Shown here in pieces: positions 40,901 through 50,070 of a stretch of 64,000 bases of DNA. Within the stretch, counting starts at the first letter, position 1. Every line of letters starts with the position of its first letter. The notes beneath the pieces are model-generated. The model saw only the letters and a list, made by a program, of their open reading frames with translations, was not told the DNA's origin and ran no database searches. The position numbers and the translations under genes were made by a program. This DNA comes from Promethearchaeota archaeon (GTDB taxonomy: Archaea > Asgardarchaeota > Lokiarchaeia > Sigyniarchaeales > SOKP01): assembly GCA_019057795.1 (NCBI GenBank), contig JAHLWS010000052.1, positions 1 to 64,000 on the forward strand, given 5' to 3'.

Positions 40901-42383
40901 AGATTTATTTGAAGATAAAAAGGAACTAATAGTTCATACAAAGGAGTATTACAAGAGTCGAGAGCTAAAAAATTACGTAGAAAACAGGATTTTAAAACAA
41001 ACGCATGAATCAATTGGAAAATTTTTAGCACTTTACGATTCTTGTATAAAAAATAAAACTTTAGGAGTAAATTTGTTAGAAATTCAGAATAGAATTGATG
41101 ATTTGAGCAAATTAGAGGAAACTGTTAATAAGCGATACGATATGAAGATTAAAGAGTTAAATGTTGACGAAGCAAGAATTGAAACCATGGAGCTCAAAAA
41201 AAGCGTTAACTCAATTATCAGTAATAATCGGTTAGCAATAGAAAATATAAAACAGAATCTAATACTTTTTAATGAGTTACTAAATTTTATAAGCAGCAAA
41301 TATAACGCTCTTCAAATAGAAGTTAATAATCTTTTTGATAAACTCTCGGAAGACATTGAAAGGATCGAAGTTTACGGGAAAATGAGAGAAATTCTTGAAA
41401 GTAGAAAGAAAAAAGTCGAAATTAAATTTAAGCTAGTTGACGAAAAGATCGAAGAAAAGTTGAATTTAGTTATTAATAATACTTACGAATCAAGAAAATT
41501 TGAGACTGAAGCAAGAGAATTCTACATTAAGAAAAAGAATGAAACGCTAAAAAGGTACGAAGAAAAGGTATATCTCATTAACGAACAGATAAATACTTTA
41601 AGATTTGAGACTTGTCGCGACAAATTATTGATTAATATAAATAAGAATAAAGTTCATTTGAGTCAATTATTAGGTACCCTTCAAGCGAGAGTTGAAGATT
41701 ATATTGAAACAGAACAATTTAAAAGGGCAGCTCTAAAAGTAAATAAAAGACAAAAAAACATTGAACAAGAATTAAAAGATGTTAATAAAAGAAACAAAGA
41801 ACTAATTAAAGAATTTAACAGGCAATCAAATAATTTTGAAACTAAAAATAAACACATAATTGATGAATTTGAGCGTTTTATAAAAGAGTTTAGCGACATT
41901 TTAAGGGAGAAAGTTAAATCCTTAGAAGAGTTGGTGATAAAATCGTACGTTAAAATGGCAATAAAAGCTGTTGCTAACGAATTTCTTACGTTAAGCTTTT
42001 TACAGAATGAATTAAAAATAAAAAAACAGCAAATCCAAAAACATCTTATTTCATTGATTAGCGCTGGAAAATTGAATGGAAAATTCGATCCCCAAATTGG
42101 GTTGTACTACGAAAATCCAGATGTCTTAGCAAAGTTGGATGACAAAGAGTTAGAAGTTATAAAGAAAATGAATTTTCGAGTATACATGTTTATTAGGCGT
42201 TTAAAGAATTTTACAAACCAGTACGGGTCAATCATTGCTTTCTTTGCCTCAATCTTAACGATATCATATTATATCTTCCGACTCAGTGGAGAAAATCCAA
42301 TTACAATTTTAATTCCTGTTCTTTTGACGTTAATAGTATTCTTTTTCTTCTTTTTCAAAAAAAGGAAGGAAGATAAAATTTGA
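37980..42383 (+). CDS. Large protein: PFTB prenyltransferase-like repeats + PCI/winged helices + coiled coils + C-terminal TM hairpin
   Basis: KPDVWSSYFALASLKLLG, FQKDHGGFGF...STTFW repeats. WH-like IDIKKLASKLDL...IKNLIEISKLQG and LSFLQNELKI...LISAGKLNGKFD. Long K/E heptads. Two terminal TMs followed by KKRK. Confidence 0.65.
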   Translation: MTNIEHKTAYPYITEFKKEPFRSFVFVKRREIGSFYLSDYEKVLELYQTYNKSLLNESNLLLENIYWFLLLRKYLKQKKNDYREEFLEFIKSCEVEIIEKDQLGFKASPNSTKKPDVWSSYFALASLKLLGVLKEYLSSKGQNENIRKIKNFIYDHKRNNGFLHCLDKECAEDNKTPDAKTLYFVIESLILLGVDVRLFKEQFRQYINDRKKDISVIFKLLCLKFFDLDSDVKDKEIQFLYSFQKDHGGFGFDSEDGEVSTTFWLVNVLDVYSWLIDYNPAMIYSFITKSLDTILKERERWSLRILTEVSQLVILLSLIWHRFIEEIERVVFKRLEEHNFIDLNQIKTTFGLSYGIEEIILYINLNYTINLSIIDNAVEFNLYLQNLSQGKKIIIEEIYNQLSKNSIISLSDIFKRYKASYHYEPIKLKEDIFPLIYDLISNHFFEGEIRTKKAFLFRTKFYLCLDFFFEKVIVSDNEINTERLYEEKAKLKDFKNDIYNMTLKLENTIPQIREEIESYLLLDEVEFAKERLKFILRNALMEADFLNENIETGFNQELIYINLQATLGSEISQWNKSYSLLRNRLNELNKYLQGRIQEKEQLKKYIVILDELDTKVYNIQDYINRELDSFKSFVVEILEDGYSKEKFDLIIQEFTKISQYVNKYDGIVYKISHQITEKEKKVAKKHRKIINNWVNFKENFDSIFADYTNGFQFFNELNEKIGNVKDNIQAGILEIKENVKSKVINNEFHDAFKTIKKEANILLKQKTEEIKDLKSIVKKEIKFKQKLYLLYKYLQEKLDRLEVNIIDLVAEHIQFIKEKVIEERNRAKIEDFDNFLSSTITHFKDKLENYKIYLDQNRIKKIVNIVIGFDKILIEFNEYNKKFSKKLIDLKEIVEENSITTIQWNKFKDFLNEEITKLKEEYVDNIISNEIIFMSKEKNTDKIDIKKLASKLDLKCKAVIPRIKNLIEISKLQGDLFEDKKELIVHTKEYYKSRELKNYVENRILKQTHESIGKFLALYDSCIKNKTLGVNLLEIQNRIDDLSKLEETVNKRYDMKIKELNVDEARIETMELKKSVNSIISNNRLAIENIKQNLILFNELLNFISSKYNALQIEVNNLFDKLSEDIERIEVYGKMREILESRKKKVEIKFKLVDEKIEEKLNLVINNTYESRKFETEAREFYIKKKNETLKRYEEKVYLINEQINTLRFETCRDKLLININKNKVHLSQLLGTLQARVEDYIETEQFKRAALKVNKRQKNIEQELKDVNKRNKELIKEFNRQSNNFETKNKHIIDEFERFIKEFSDILREKVKSLEELVIKSYVKMAIKAVANEFLTLSFLQNELKIKKQQIQKHLISLISAGKLNGKFDPQIGLYYENPDVLAKLDDKELEVIKKMNFRVYMFIRRLKNFTNQYGSIIAFFASILTISYYIFRLSGENPITILIPVLLTLIVFFFFFFKKRKEDKI

Positions 42384-42401
42384 TTTTGATAAAATGTTAT
42401 T

Positions 42402-43946
42402 TTATTCTTTTCTTTTATTATGTAAGACAAATTTTGTAATAAGCAGAGAACTTAAAGCTGCGATGTATATAATGCTCCAAAGAACGATGTAAATTTCTAT
42501 ATTAAGATACCAGATTGGGTTTTTCAGATCATTAAAAGTGTGTACTTCGTTAGTCATAACAAAAAACGTCCCTAAACACCAGAGTTGACTGAATCTTTCT
42601 ACACTATCGATTGTATAAACCATAACAGGGATATTGTTTAAATAAAACGATCTATATAATTCATTAGAGTATTCATCACCTGTTTTGATAATTGAATAAT
42701 TGTATTCAGATGTTTCGAATTCTTCTAAGGAAGGATTAGATCTCATATCCATGCCTAATAAGATATCAGTGGCATTTTTTTGGTTGATCAAATCAATCCA
42801 TTCAGCGTCGCTAGTGAAAATCATAACCTTTGTTAAATTAATTCCCGATTCGAGTGTTTCGTTTAAAATTGTTTCAAAATAAACATCATTATATAGATGG
42901 CTGGATGATGGTGATTTAATATCCAAATCTATTAAAAAGTCATTATCTCTTGTAAAATTTAAAACTTCTTCAAATGTGGGAATTTGTATGCCCCTGTAAT
43001 TGTCTCCGTCTTCTTTTGAAATACGACCAAAGGCTAAAGCTCCGTATGGATCTTTGTCCGCAAACCAGCTACCAGCGTCTAATTGTCTGAGTTCAGAAAG
43101 CGTGAATGTTTCAACGCGATCGTTCTTACGATTTGGAAAAATTTCTTCTGCATTAGTAGTGCGAGTGAGAGTATCATCATGCATCAAAAATAATTCGCCG
43201 TCTACAGAAATTCTTATGTCGACTTCCCAACCTACAGCGCCGTGTTCTACCGCTACCTCTCCCGCTACGATAGTGTTTTCTGGGGCTAAATGTGATGCAC
43301 CTCTATGCGCTATAATGTTGGGTTTTGAAGGTAGATCACCGAAAATCACATTTGAGGGGATAAACAATAGCGGGGACGCGAAAGCAAAAAAATATCCAGT
43401 AATTAAAAGTCCTAAAATAACTTTAGACTTTAATTCTGCTTTTAATATTCTGTTTGATAAATGATTTTTCCACTGTGGAATTGATTTTATCAAAGGATAT
43501 AAGCCCAAAATAAGTAAGAGCGAAAGTGGAATTGTTAAAAATATACTATAAAATTCAATAACTTGAGGAATTAATCGGGAGTATTGTTCTAAAGAGGATA
43601 ATAATAGTGCGAATAGACTTGAATATATAAACATCAGAACTATTGGTAAAATTTTGTTTAAGATACAAGGTTTAATTTGGTTATTTTTTTTAATATTCCT
43701 AAGATGCACATGAAGAATCGCAGCTCCATAAATTAACGGAAGTAATACGATCACAATAATTACAAATACGAGGTTTATATCAAAACTAACATAATCAGAA
43801 ACAATTAAATTAATATCCCCCCAATATACATGAAAAATTAGCATTATTAAGGTTAAAACAGCCATGTTCATTATTAATAACGAGTCGAGGAGCAACCATT
43901 TTTTTCCTTTTCTTCTTAGAAACGAGTTGATATCCATTTTTACCAT
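42402..43946 (-). CDS. Multi-TM glycerophosphodiester phosphodiesterase (GDE2/GDE3-like architecture)
   Basis: 5 N-terminal TMs, IAHRGA..APENT, EVD, LMHD.TL.RTTN, then LWCLG...P.W.L...Y..LW terminal TM. Confidence 0.85.
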   Translation of the reverse strand: MVKMDINSFLRRKGKKWLLLDSLLIMNMAVLTLIMLIFHVYWGDINLIVSDYVSFDINLVFVIIVIVLLPLIYGAAILHVHLRNIKKNNQIKPCILNKILPIVLMFIYSSLFALLLSSLEQYSRLIPQVIEFYSIFLTIPLSLLLILGLYPLIKSIPQWKNHLSNRILKAELKSKVILGLLITGYFFAFASPLLFIPSNVIFGDLPSKPNIIAHRGASHLAPENTIVAGEVAVEHGAVGWEVDIRISVDGELFLMHDDTLTRTTNAEEIFPNRKNDRVETFTLSELRQLDAGSWFADKDPYGALAFGRISKEDGDNYRGIQIPTFEEVLNFTRDNDFLIDLDIKSPSSSHLYNDVYFETILNETLESGINLTKVMIFTSDAEWIDLINQKNATDILLGMDMRSNPSLEEFETSEYNYSIIKTGDEYSNELYRSFYLNNIPVMVYTIDSVERFSQLWCLGTFFVMTNEVHTFNDLKNPIWYLNIEIYIVLWSIIYIAALSSLLITKFVLHNKRKE

Positions 43947-44194
43947 TTATTTATTAAATTATTTATTAATAAGTTAGATTTCGAATTTTTTGTTAATAAG
44001 CGTTATGACAATTTGTTGAAGTAAAAAATATAAAATAATAGAAAAAAAATTTTATGATCAAAATTAATGAAAATATTTATTTTTGCACTTTAGAAGAATT
44101 ATTTTCTGCCTAATGCTTCTAAATTTAAATTGTAGAGTAACTTCATTTATTTTATAGTAAATATTAAAATGGATTTCAAAAAAATAAATTTTGA

Positions 44195-44644
44195 ATTGAA
44201 ATTTATTGTTCTAAATGTGGTCTAGAATTACCTGATGATGCAAAATTTTGTACTTTTTGTGGAGAACCTACTGATCGCTTAACTAGCCGTCAAACTCAAC
44301 CAACTCAACCAACTCAACCAACTCAACCAACACCAACACCAATACCCTCTCAAGGAACTTCAGTTACCGCACCAAGATCATCAAGTGCTACAGGTAGAAT
44401 TATTGGAGCTCTTTGCACTGTTCTTATAGTTGGAACCCTATTAATTCTTTTTGGAACACAAATGTTATACACCATACCCAGTACAGGAATAACAATACTT
44501 GTAATAGGGGCCATTGTAATTCTTTGTATAGGATGTAGTGTATGTAGTCCTGGAAGACGCCGAAGAGGTTATAGCGGTTGTGGTGGCGGTAGTGGCGGTG
44601 GTTGCGGTGGTTGCGGTTGTGATTGTGGAGGTTGTGATTGCTAG
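44195..44644 (+). CDS. Zinc ribbon - TQP repeat - 2 TM - Cys/Gly-rich tail protein (N-terminus missed by ORF track)
   Basis: The frame of ORF 44462 stays open back to TGA at 44192, giving YCSKCGLELPDDAKFCTFCG, (TQP)4, two TMs and a tail ending CGGCDC. Only ATT codons are available as starts. Confidence 0.7.
   Translation: MEIYCSKCGLELPDDAKFCTFCGEPTDRLTSRQTQPTQPTQPTQPTPTPIPSQGTSVTAPRSSSATGRIIGALCTVLIVGTLLILFGTQMLYTIPSTGITILVIGAIVILCIGCSVCSPGRRRRGYSGCGGGSGGGCGGCGCDCGGCDC
44294..44329 (+). repeat. 9-bp tandem repeat (ACTCAACCA)x4 encoding a TQP linker
   Basis: Read directly from sequence. Confidence 0.9.
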
Positions 44645-44740
44645 AGCTCCCGTTCTTACAATCCATTTATTTCAATTAATAAGGACTAATGCACAATCTA
44701 ATGATCATAAAATTTTACATAATAGAATTAGAATAGAAAG

Positions 44741-45259
44741 ATGCATCACCAAAATGATGATCTTCAAAAGGATAAAAAAGTAATCCATTGGTTAGCACAT
44801 CATAATCCAAAACGCGACGATTTCGATGATCATGTATTTTATATATTTAACTATGCTATTTGTATAGGATGTTTAGCTTTTTCTTTGGGTGCTGCTTTTG
44901 CTTTAATAATAGGCAATGTATTTTATGATTATATTGTAAATTCCATTAGTTTGCCTATATTTCTCATGATTTTTTTATTTTGCTGGATACCCTCAATTTT
45001 CCAATATGCAATTCAAATTACAGGAAAAAAATCACTTAAAAATCGAACAGTTAAATTCATATGTCTTGTTCTTTACCCAATTGGCAGTATTTTATTAATA
45101 TTCAAGTCTCCACTATGGGGATTTGTTATTTCAATTCCTGCTGGTTATTTGATAATAATTATTAGAACAAAAAAGAATAAGACTTTAATCTCACAACGCA
45201 AGCTAAGAAAAAAAGAAATAGATTATACTCAAATTAATTCAGAAGAATATCTAAAATAA
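44741..45259 (+). CDS. DUF2085-like membrane protein
   Basis: AHH...HVF...ICIGC motif followed by 4 TMs. Confidence 0.55.
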   Translation: MHHQNDDLQKDKKVIHWLAHHNPKRDDFDDHVFYIFNYAICIGCLAFSLGAAFALIIGNVFYDYIVNSISLPIFLMIFLFCWIPSIFQYAIQITGKKSLKNRTVKFICLVLYPIGSILLIFKSPLWGFVISIPAGYLIIIIRTKKNKTLISQRKLRKKEIDYTQINSEEYLK

Positions 45260-45280
45260 AAAATAAATTAAAAAAGGAAT

Positions 45281-47440
45281 TTAGTCGTAATCCTTTATGA
45301 AATGCACTTCGTTGGTAGCTCTTTTAAGGTACCCTAAATAGCAAGCTTGATTAAAATGAGCATAAAATTTTTTTTCAATTATATCTTCTTCTTGAGCCAA
45401 TTCTTTAAATTCCGAAAGAGACATTTTCCCGTCTACGCTATAAGTTTTAGCAATTCTAATTAGCGTTTTTACATTATTATTTAAATAAATTTTTCTTTCT
45501 GTCATTTTCTTATTTTTTTCTTTTTGACCTTTTAATTTTAATATAGAGGTTTTCAATTTCAATTTATCCAACCCTATTACATCGGAATAAAAAGTTACAC
45601 CAGAATCTTTTAATTTTTTAAACTCATTGCTTTGGATGAAATTATCAAGTTCTGAAATGATTTCTTCAATGGAACGATTTGCAAGAAGTTCTTTTTCTCT
45701 TTTACGCCGTTCTTTATAATTTTTAATTAAATCTAATTCTGAAATTTTATTAGAAACTGCCTTAAAGCATATTTGTTCTCGGTTAACTACATCACATAAA
45801 TCCAATTGTTTTGAATCGGATAGTACCGAATTCATAGCCATTTCTTTTCGCTCGGCGGCTTTGTAAAAGGGGATGTCTATAGTTCCTCTAGCAATTAACA
45901 CATAACATCTTCCAGGGGCGTGTCGTCCGGTTCTACCTCGTCTTTGAATTAACCTTATTTCAGAAGGTACGGGCTCGTAAAAGATAATGGCATCGACATT
46001 TGGAATATCAAGGCCTTCTTCTGCTACACTTGTAGCCACAAGAATGTCTATCGCACCAGTTTTAAACTGTTTTATTATTTCTCCTTGCTGATATTGTGAA
46101 AAGCCTATATCATTTATCTTAGTTGACTGACCTATAAATTTTTCTACACTCAATCGAGTTCCAAAGCGTTCCTTGAGTTTTCCTTTCAATAATTCTGCCA
46201 TTTCTCGGTACTGAGTAAAAACAATGATTTTATTATTACGAAATTCTTCGATTTCTTCAGTTATAATTGAAAATAACTTTTCAATTTTAGGATGAATGTA
46301 ATTATCGCGGTTGTTCTGCTCAAAAATGTTTTTAATGAACTTATAATGATCAGAATTAATAATTCTCTTAGCTGAAAGAATGTCATGGCCAGATTTATAT
46401 TCTATTTTTTCTAAAAAAGTTTCAAATAACGAGATATTTTGAGATTCTAGCAAATCTTTCCCATGTAGTAAAGAAATACAGCTTGAACTATAAGAATAAA
46501 TCGATTCGATATTGAGCGAATTCTCTTTTACTAAATCTATGATTCGTGGAGATTGAAAATAAAGAGCTTCTTGGTATTCTTCTTCTGATAACTCGGGTAA
46601 ATAGCCATTATTATACCTTAGAGAGAGCGTTAAATCTCGCGATATTCCTAAGAAATCCAACTTAGAGTAATAACGCTTATTGGGTGGAATTAATTTTTTT
46701 TCGATAAAGAATCTTAAAAATTTTTCAAATAAGTTATACCAAATCGCACTTAACTCTAAAACTTTAATTGGCAAATCGACAAATTCTAAATACGTGTCAA
46801 TATCGTAAATATACTGTTTTACGTCTTTATCTTCGTAGGTTTTAAATATAACATTCTCAATAAACAAATTATCGCACAATTGTTGAATGTGAAAATAACT
46901 TTTTCCTGGAGAGGCAGTTAGCCCTAAAACAAGCGGGTCTTTACACGTATTAAGATATTCGTTTGAAATAAAACAATAGGCGTAATTACCTCTCGTTCTG
47001 TGTGCTTCGTCGAAAATTATTAGAGAAACATGCTTCAAATCGTATCGTCCCCTTTCTACATCGTTTTTTATTACTTGAGGTGTCGATACTATAATTTTAG
47101 AGTTGTTAAAAAGTAAAATTCTCTTTTCTGGCGAAATCTTGCCTGTAAATGAAGTAATTAAATTAGAATCAATACTTAAAAAGTCCTCACATGAAGCCTT
47201 ATGTTGCGAGACTAAAGGCCTAGTGGGTGCAAGTATAATGATCTTTGATTTCGAATATTTTTCCAGAGCTTTACCTATAAGTAAAATCCCTATAATTGTT
47301 TTTCCTAAGCCGGTTGGTAATACTACTAACGAATTTCTTCCTTTACACTTTTTAATAATATTACTTTGGTATTTTCGATAAAATACTCTATTCTTTTTTA
47401 AGAAAGGTTCGTTAAAAAATTCAGACACTTCGCTTTGCAT
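45281..47440 (-). CDS. hef: Hef/FANCM/Mph1-family SF2 helicase without ERCC4 nuclease domain
   Basis: LPTGLGKT, PTRPLV.QH, DEAH, TASPG, ATSVAEEGLDIP, IQRRGRTGR. Confidence 0.85.
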   Translation of the reverse strand: MQSEVSEFFNEPFLKKNRVFYRKYQSNIIKKCKGRNSLVVLPTGLGKTIIGILLIGKALEKYSKSKIIILAPTRPLVSQHKASCEDFLSIDSNLITSFTGKISPEKRILLFNNSKIIVSTPQVIKNDVERGRYDLKHVSLIIFDEAHRTRGNYAYCFISNEYLNTCKDPLVLGLTASPGKSYFHIQQLCDNLFIENVIFKTYEDKDVKQYIYDIDTYLEFVDLPIKVLELSAIWYNLFEKFLRFFIEKKLIPPNKRYYSKLDFLGISRDLTLSLRYNNGYLPELSEEEYQEALYFQSPRIIDLVKENSLNIESIYSYSSSCISLLHGKDLLESQNISLFETFLEKIEYKSGHDILSAKRIINSDHYKFIKNIFEQNNRDNYIHPKIEKLFSIITEEIEEFRNNKIIVFTQYREMAELLKGKLKERFGTRLSVEKFIGQSTKINDIGFSQYQQGEIIKQFKTGAIDILVATSVAEEGLDIPNVDAIIFYEPVPSEIRLIQRRGRTGRHAPGRCYVLIARGTIDIPFYKAAERKEMAMNSVLSDSKQLDLCDVVNREQICFKAVSNKISELDLIKNYKERRKREKELLANRSIEEIISELDNFIQSNEFKKLKDSGVTFYSDVIGLDKLKLKTSILKLKGQKEKNKKMTERKIYLNNNVKTLIRIAKTYSVDGKMSLSEFKELAQEEDIIEKKFYAHFNQACYLGYLKRATNEVHFIKDYD

Positions 47441-47517
47441 GTTGAAGAAAAATTGAAATTAAGCCTTTTTAATTCAAAGAGGGTTAAGATTTTTATAACA
47501 TCAAGTAAAGAATTTTT

Positions 47518-48900
47518 TTAACTTTCAAACTGAGGGAGCCATTCTTTTTCGGCATCAAACATATCAGCCACCATTTCTCTAATTTCTTTCGGAGAACACA
47601 CGCTTGCTGTATTAGGATCGAGTAATACTGAGTGATAAATTTTTTCTCGATCTAATTCAAGAGCGCCTTCAACTGCCGCTTTTTGGACCATAACATTTGA
47701 TATACACAATGCTTGACAGATAGTAGGCAATTTTATTCCTCCTTGTGGATGTATTCCATGATAGTCAGCAAATACAGGTACCTCGACACAGCAATCCTTT
47801 GGTAAATTTGTTATCAAAGCGCCTTCTTTGTTAATTACATTACCATTAAACCTAAAAGGCTTGTTCGTTTCTATTGCGTTTATAATATGTGAAGCGTATT
47901 CATCGGTGGGAGCTTTTTTTAATTTAAGTCTTTTTCGTTCAATTCGTCTACTTAGACGTTTTTCTAGTTTGTCCGCTTCAATGCTATCAAATCTTAATAC
48001 TTCTCCGTGAATCAGGCTGTTATGGAAAGTTTCAGCACCTTTAAATTGTTCGAGCAAACCTTTCCTTTTTCTGTAGTATGGTAAATATTCACTTAGATGC
48101 CCCGAGGATTCAGTCATAAAATATCCAGTAGCTTCCATCATATCCCAACGGAGTTTTTCACTTCCAGCTAATTCAGGATTCTTTTTGTAAGCGTTATATA
48201 ATAACGGATATATGTCTTTCCAAGTTTTATTTGGATCAGTCGGGTTTTTGTACCATGCATTTAAGAACCAAGCCATATGGTTGATTCCCGCACATAAATA
48301 GCTGAAATCTTCACGTTTTGCAGCTATCCAATGCCGTAATAGTGCTGCTGTTCCTTGTACGCCATGACATAGTCCTACAGTTGAATCGGGATAAATGGAA
48401 TTAGAATACCAGGTATTCATTGCCATTGGATTAGCATAGTTAAGTAATAAGGGTTTTAATTCAGAATTATATCCAACTTCTTTGATTAAATCAACTATTT
48501 TCTTAAGTGCTGTGGATTGGCGTAAAAATCGAAATATGCCTCCTGGACCGAGAGTATCCCCTACACACTGAGTGACACCGTACTTAAATGGGATTTCTAT
48601 ATCGAGCTTAAAAGCATTTAGTCCACCCACATGAATAGCACTGATTAAGTATTTGGCGTTAGTGATAGCTCTCTTTAGATCAGTTGTCTTCTCAAACGAC
48701 ACGCGCTCCAACTGTTCTGGATTTGATTCCTTATATTTTAGCATTAATTTATACATTAAATCTAAACGAGTCGGATCGATATCCTCTAGGCAAATGAGAG
48801 TATCTTCTCTTAGAGCAGGATGTGCAAGGATGTCTGTGAGGATATTTTGCCCAAATACGATACTTCCTGCTCCGATCATAGTAATTTTCAGATTTTTCAC
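47518..48900 (-). CDS. melA: Family 4 glycoside hydrolase (alpha-galactosidase-like)
   Basis: IGAGS, VGDTLGPGG, NYANP, GLCHG, AGINH, TESSGH. Confidence 0.85.
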   Translation of the reverse strand: MKNLKITMIGAGSIVFGQNILTDILAHPALREDTLICLEDIDPTRLDLMYKLMLKYKESNPEQLERVSFEKTTDLKRAITNAKYLISAIHVGGLNAFKLDIEIPFKYGVTQCVGDTLGPGGIFRFLRQSTALKKIVDLIKEVGYNSELKPLLLNYANPMAMNTWYSNSIYPDSTVGLCHGVQGTAALLRHWIAAKREDFSYLCAGINHMAWFLNAWYKNPTDPNKTWKDIYPLLYNAYKKNPELAGSEKLRWDMMEATGYFMTESSGHLSEYLPYYRKRKGLLEQFKGAETFHNSLIHGEVLRFDSIEADKLEKRLSRRIERKRLKLKKAPTDEYASHIINAIETNKPFRFNGNVINKEGALITNLPKDCCVEVPVFADYHGIHPQGGIKLPTICQALCISNVMVQKAAVEGALELDREKIYHSVLLDPNTASVCSPKEIREMVADMFDAEKEWLPQFES

Positions 48901-48960
48901 CTATAAAATAATTAAATTGAAATTTTTAATATTTAAGATAATAATAATTTAGCTAACAAA

Positions 48961-49974
48961 TTATAATTTATTTGTAGGGTAAAACTTTATCTCTTTCTTA
49001 CCTTCAATTCGCCTAATTAGGTTTTCTTTTTCCAACATTTTTATTGTAAGACACACCCATCCCCTTACCATTTCGAATCGCATCTTCTTTCCATTTGGAT
49101 ACAATTCTCGAATAATGTTGTTGGGAGATATACCCTTTTCAGGATTTGCTTCAATAATATCTAATAAATTTTGAGTTCGTTCTTTTCTATGTTTTAAAAT
49201 CTCAATACTTCGCTCTCTTGGATTATTAATAATGTTTCCATGAGCGGCTAATATTATTTTAAGATTAGGTAAGTTTTGAATCGTTTCAACAGATTCAATA
49301 TAATCCTCTAGGCTGCAATTTGGAGGACCAAGCCAAGTAGTCATAGAATTTAAAATATTATCTCCAGAAAATAAAATTCCCTTTTCTTCATTGTATAAAG
49401 AGATATGGTCTATTGCATGTCCGGGCGAATGAAAAATTCTCCAATTCTCACCGTTTATCGAAATTTCAGTATTATCTTTAATAATTTCATCTGGATCGGT
49501 AACAAATGAAAGCCCATATAACCGTTTAAAAAATAGATGTGTTAATATTTTTTGTAAGAAGTTTCTTATTTTATACCGGAATCCTTTATGAATGATTAGA
49601 TAATCCTCATAACTATCTGCGTTAAACGATTTCATAAAACTTTTTTTATTCTTTATAATATTAGCTGTTTTCTCTGTTAGCACAATTTTAACTCCAAGTG
49701 AATTTTTTATCCTTTTTAACCCTGCAAAATGATCAGGGTGGCCATGAGACACAAGGATTCGTGTAATTTTAAAATCTTCTTTATTATCCCTATATATCTG
49801 TTCTATTTTGTTAATTTCTTTAATAAAGAATTTTACAACCTTTTTATTACCAAAACCAGCGTCAAAGATTAATCCATCAGGACCTGCTATAACATAAATG
49901 TTTTCTGAAGGCTTGATTCGCTCGAAACCACTTTTTTCTTTAATCAAAAATATACCGGGGATTACTTCTTCCAT
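48961..49974 (-). CDS. MBL-fold metallo-hydrolase
   Basis: SHGHPDH, PGHAIDH, FSGD, AHG. Confidence 0.85.
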   Translation of the reverse strand: MEEVIPGIFLIKEKSGFERIKPSENIYVIAGPDGLIFDAGFGNKKVVKFFIKEINKIEQIYRDNKEDFKITRILVSHGHPDHFAGLKRIKNSLGVKIVLTEKTANIIKNKKSFMKSFNADSYEDYLIIHKGFRYKIRNFLQKILTHLFFKRLYGLSFVTDPDEIIKDNTEISINGENWRIFHSPGHAIDHISLYNEEKGILFSGDNILNSMTTWLGPPNCSLEDYIESVETIQNLPNLKIILAAHGNIINNPRERSIEILKHRKERTQNLLDIIEANPEKGISPNNIIRELYPNGKKMRFEMVRGWVCLTIKMLEKENLIRRIEGKKEIKFYPTNKL

Positions 49975-50070
49975 GATAAATAATCATTTAAATAAATTAA
50001 CGAATTTAAAAAAAGATTTTGTATAAAATTAATATGCGTAAAAATAATATTTCCGATAGTATCAAAGAAA

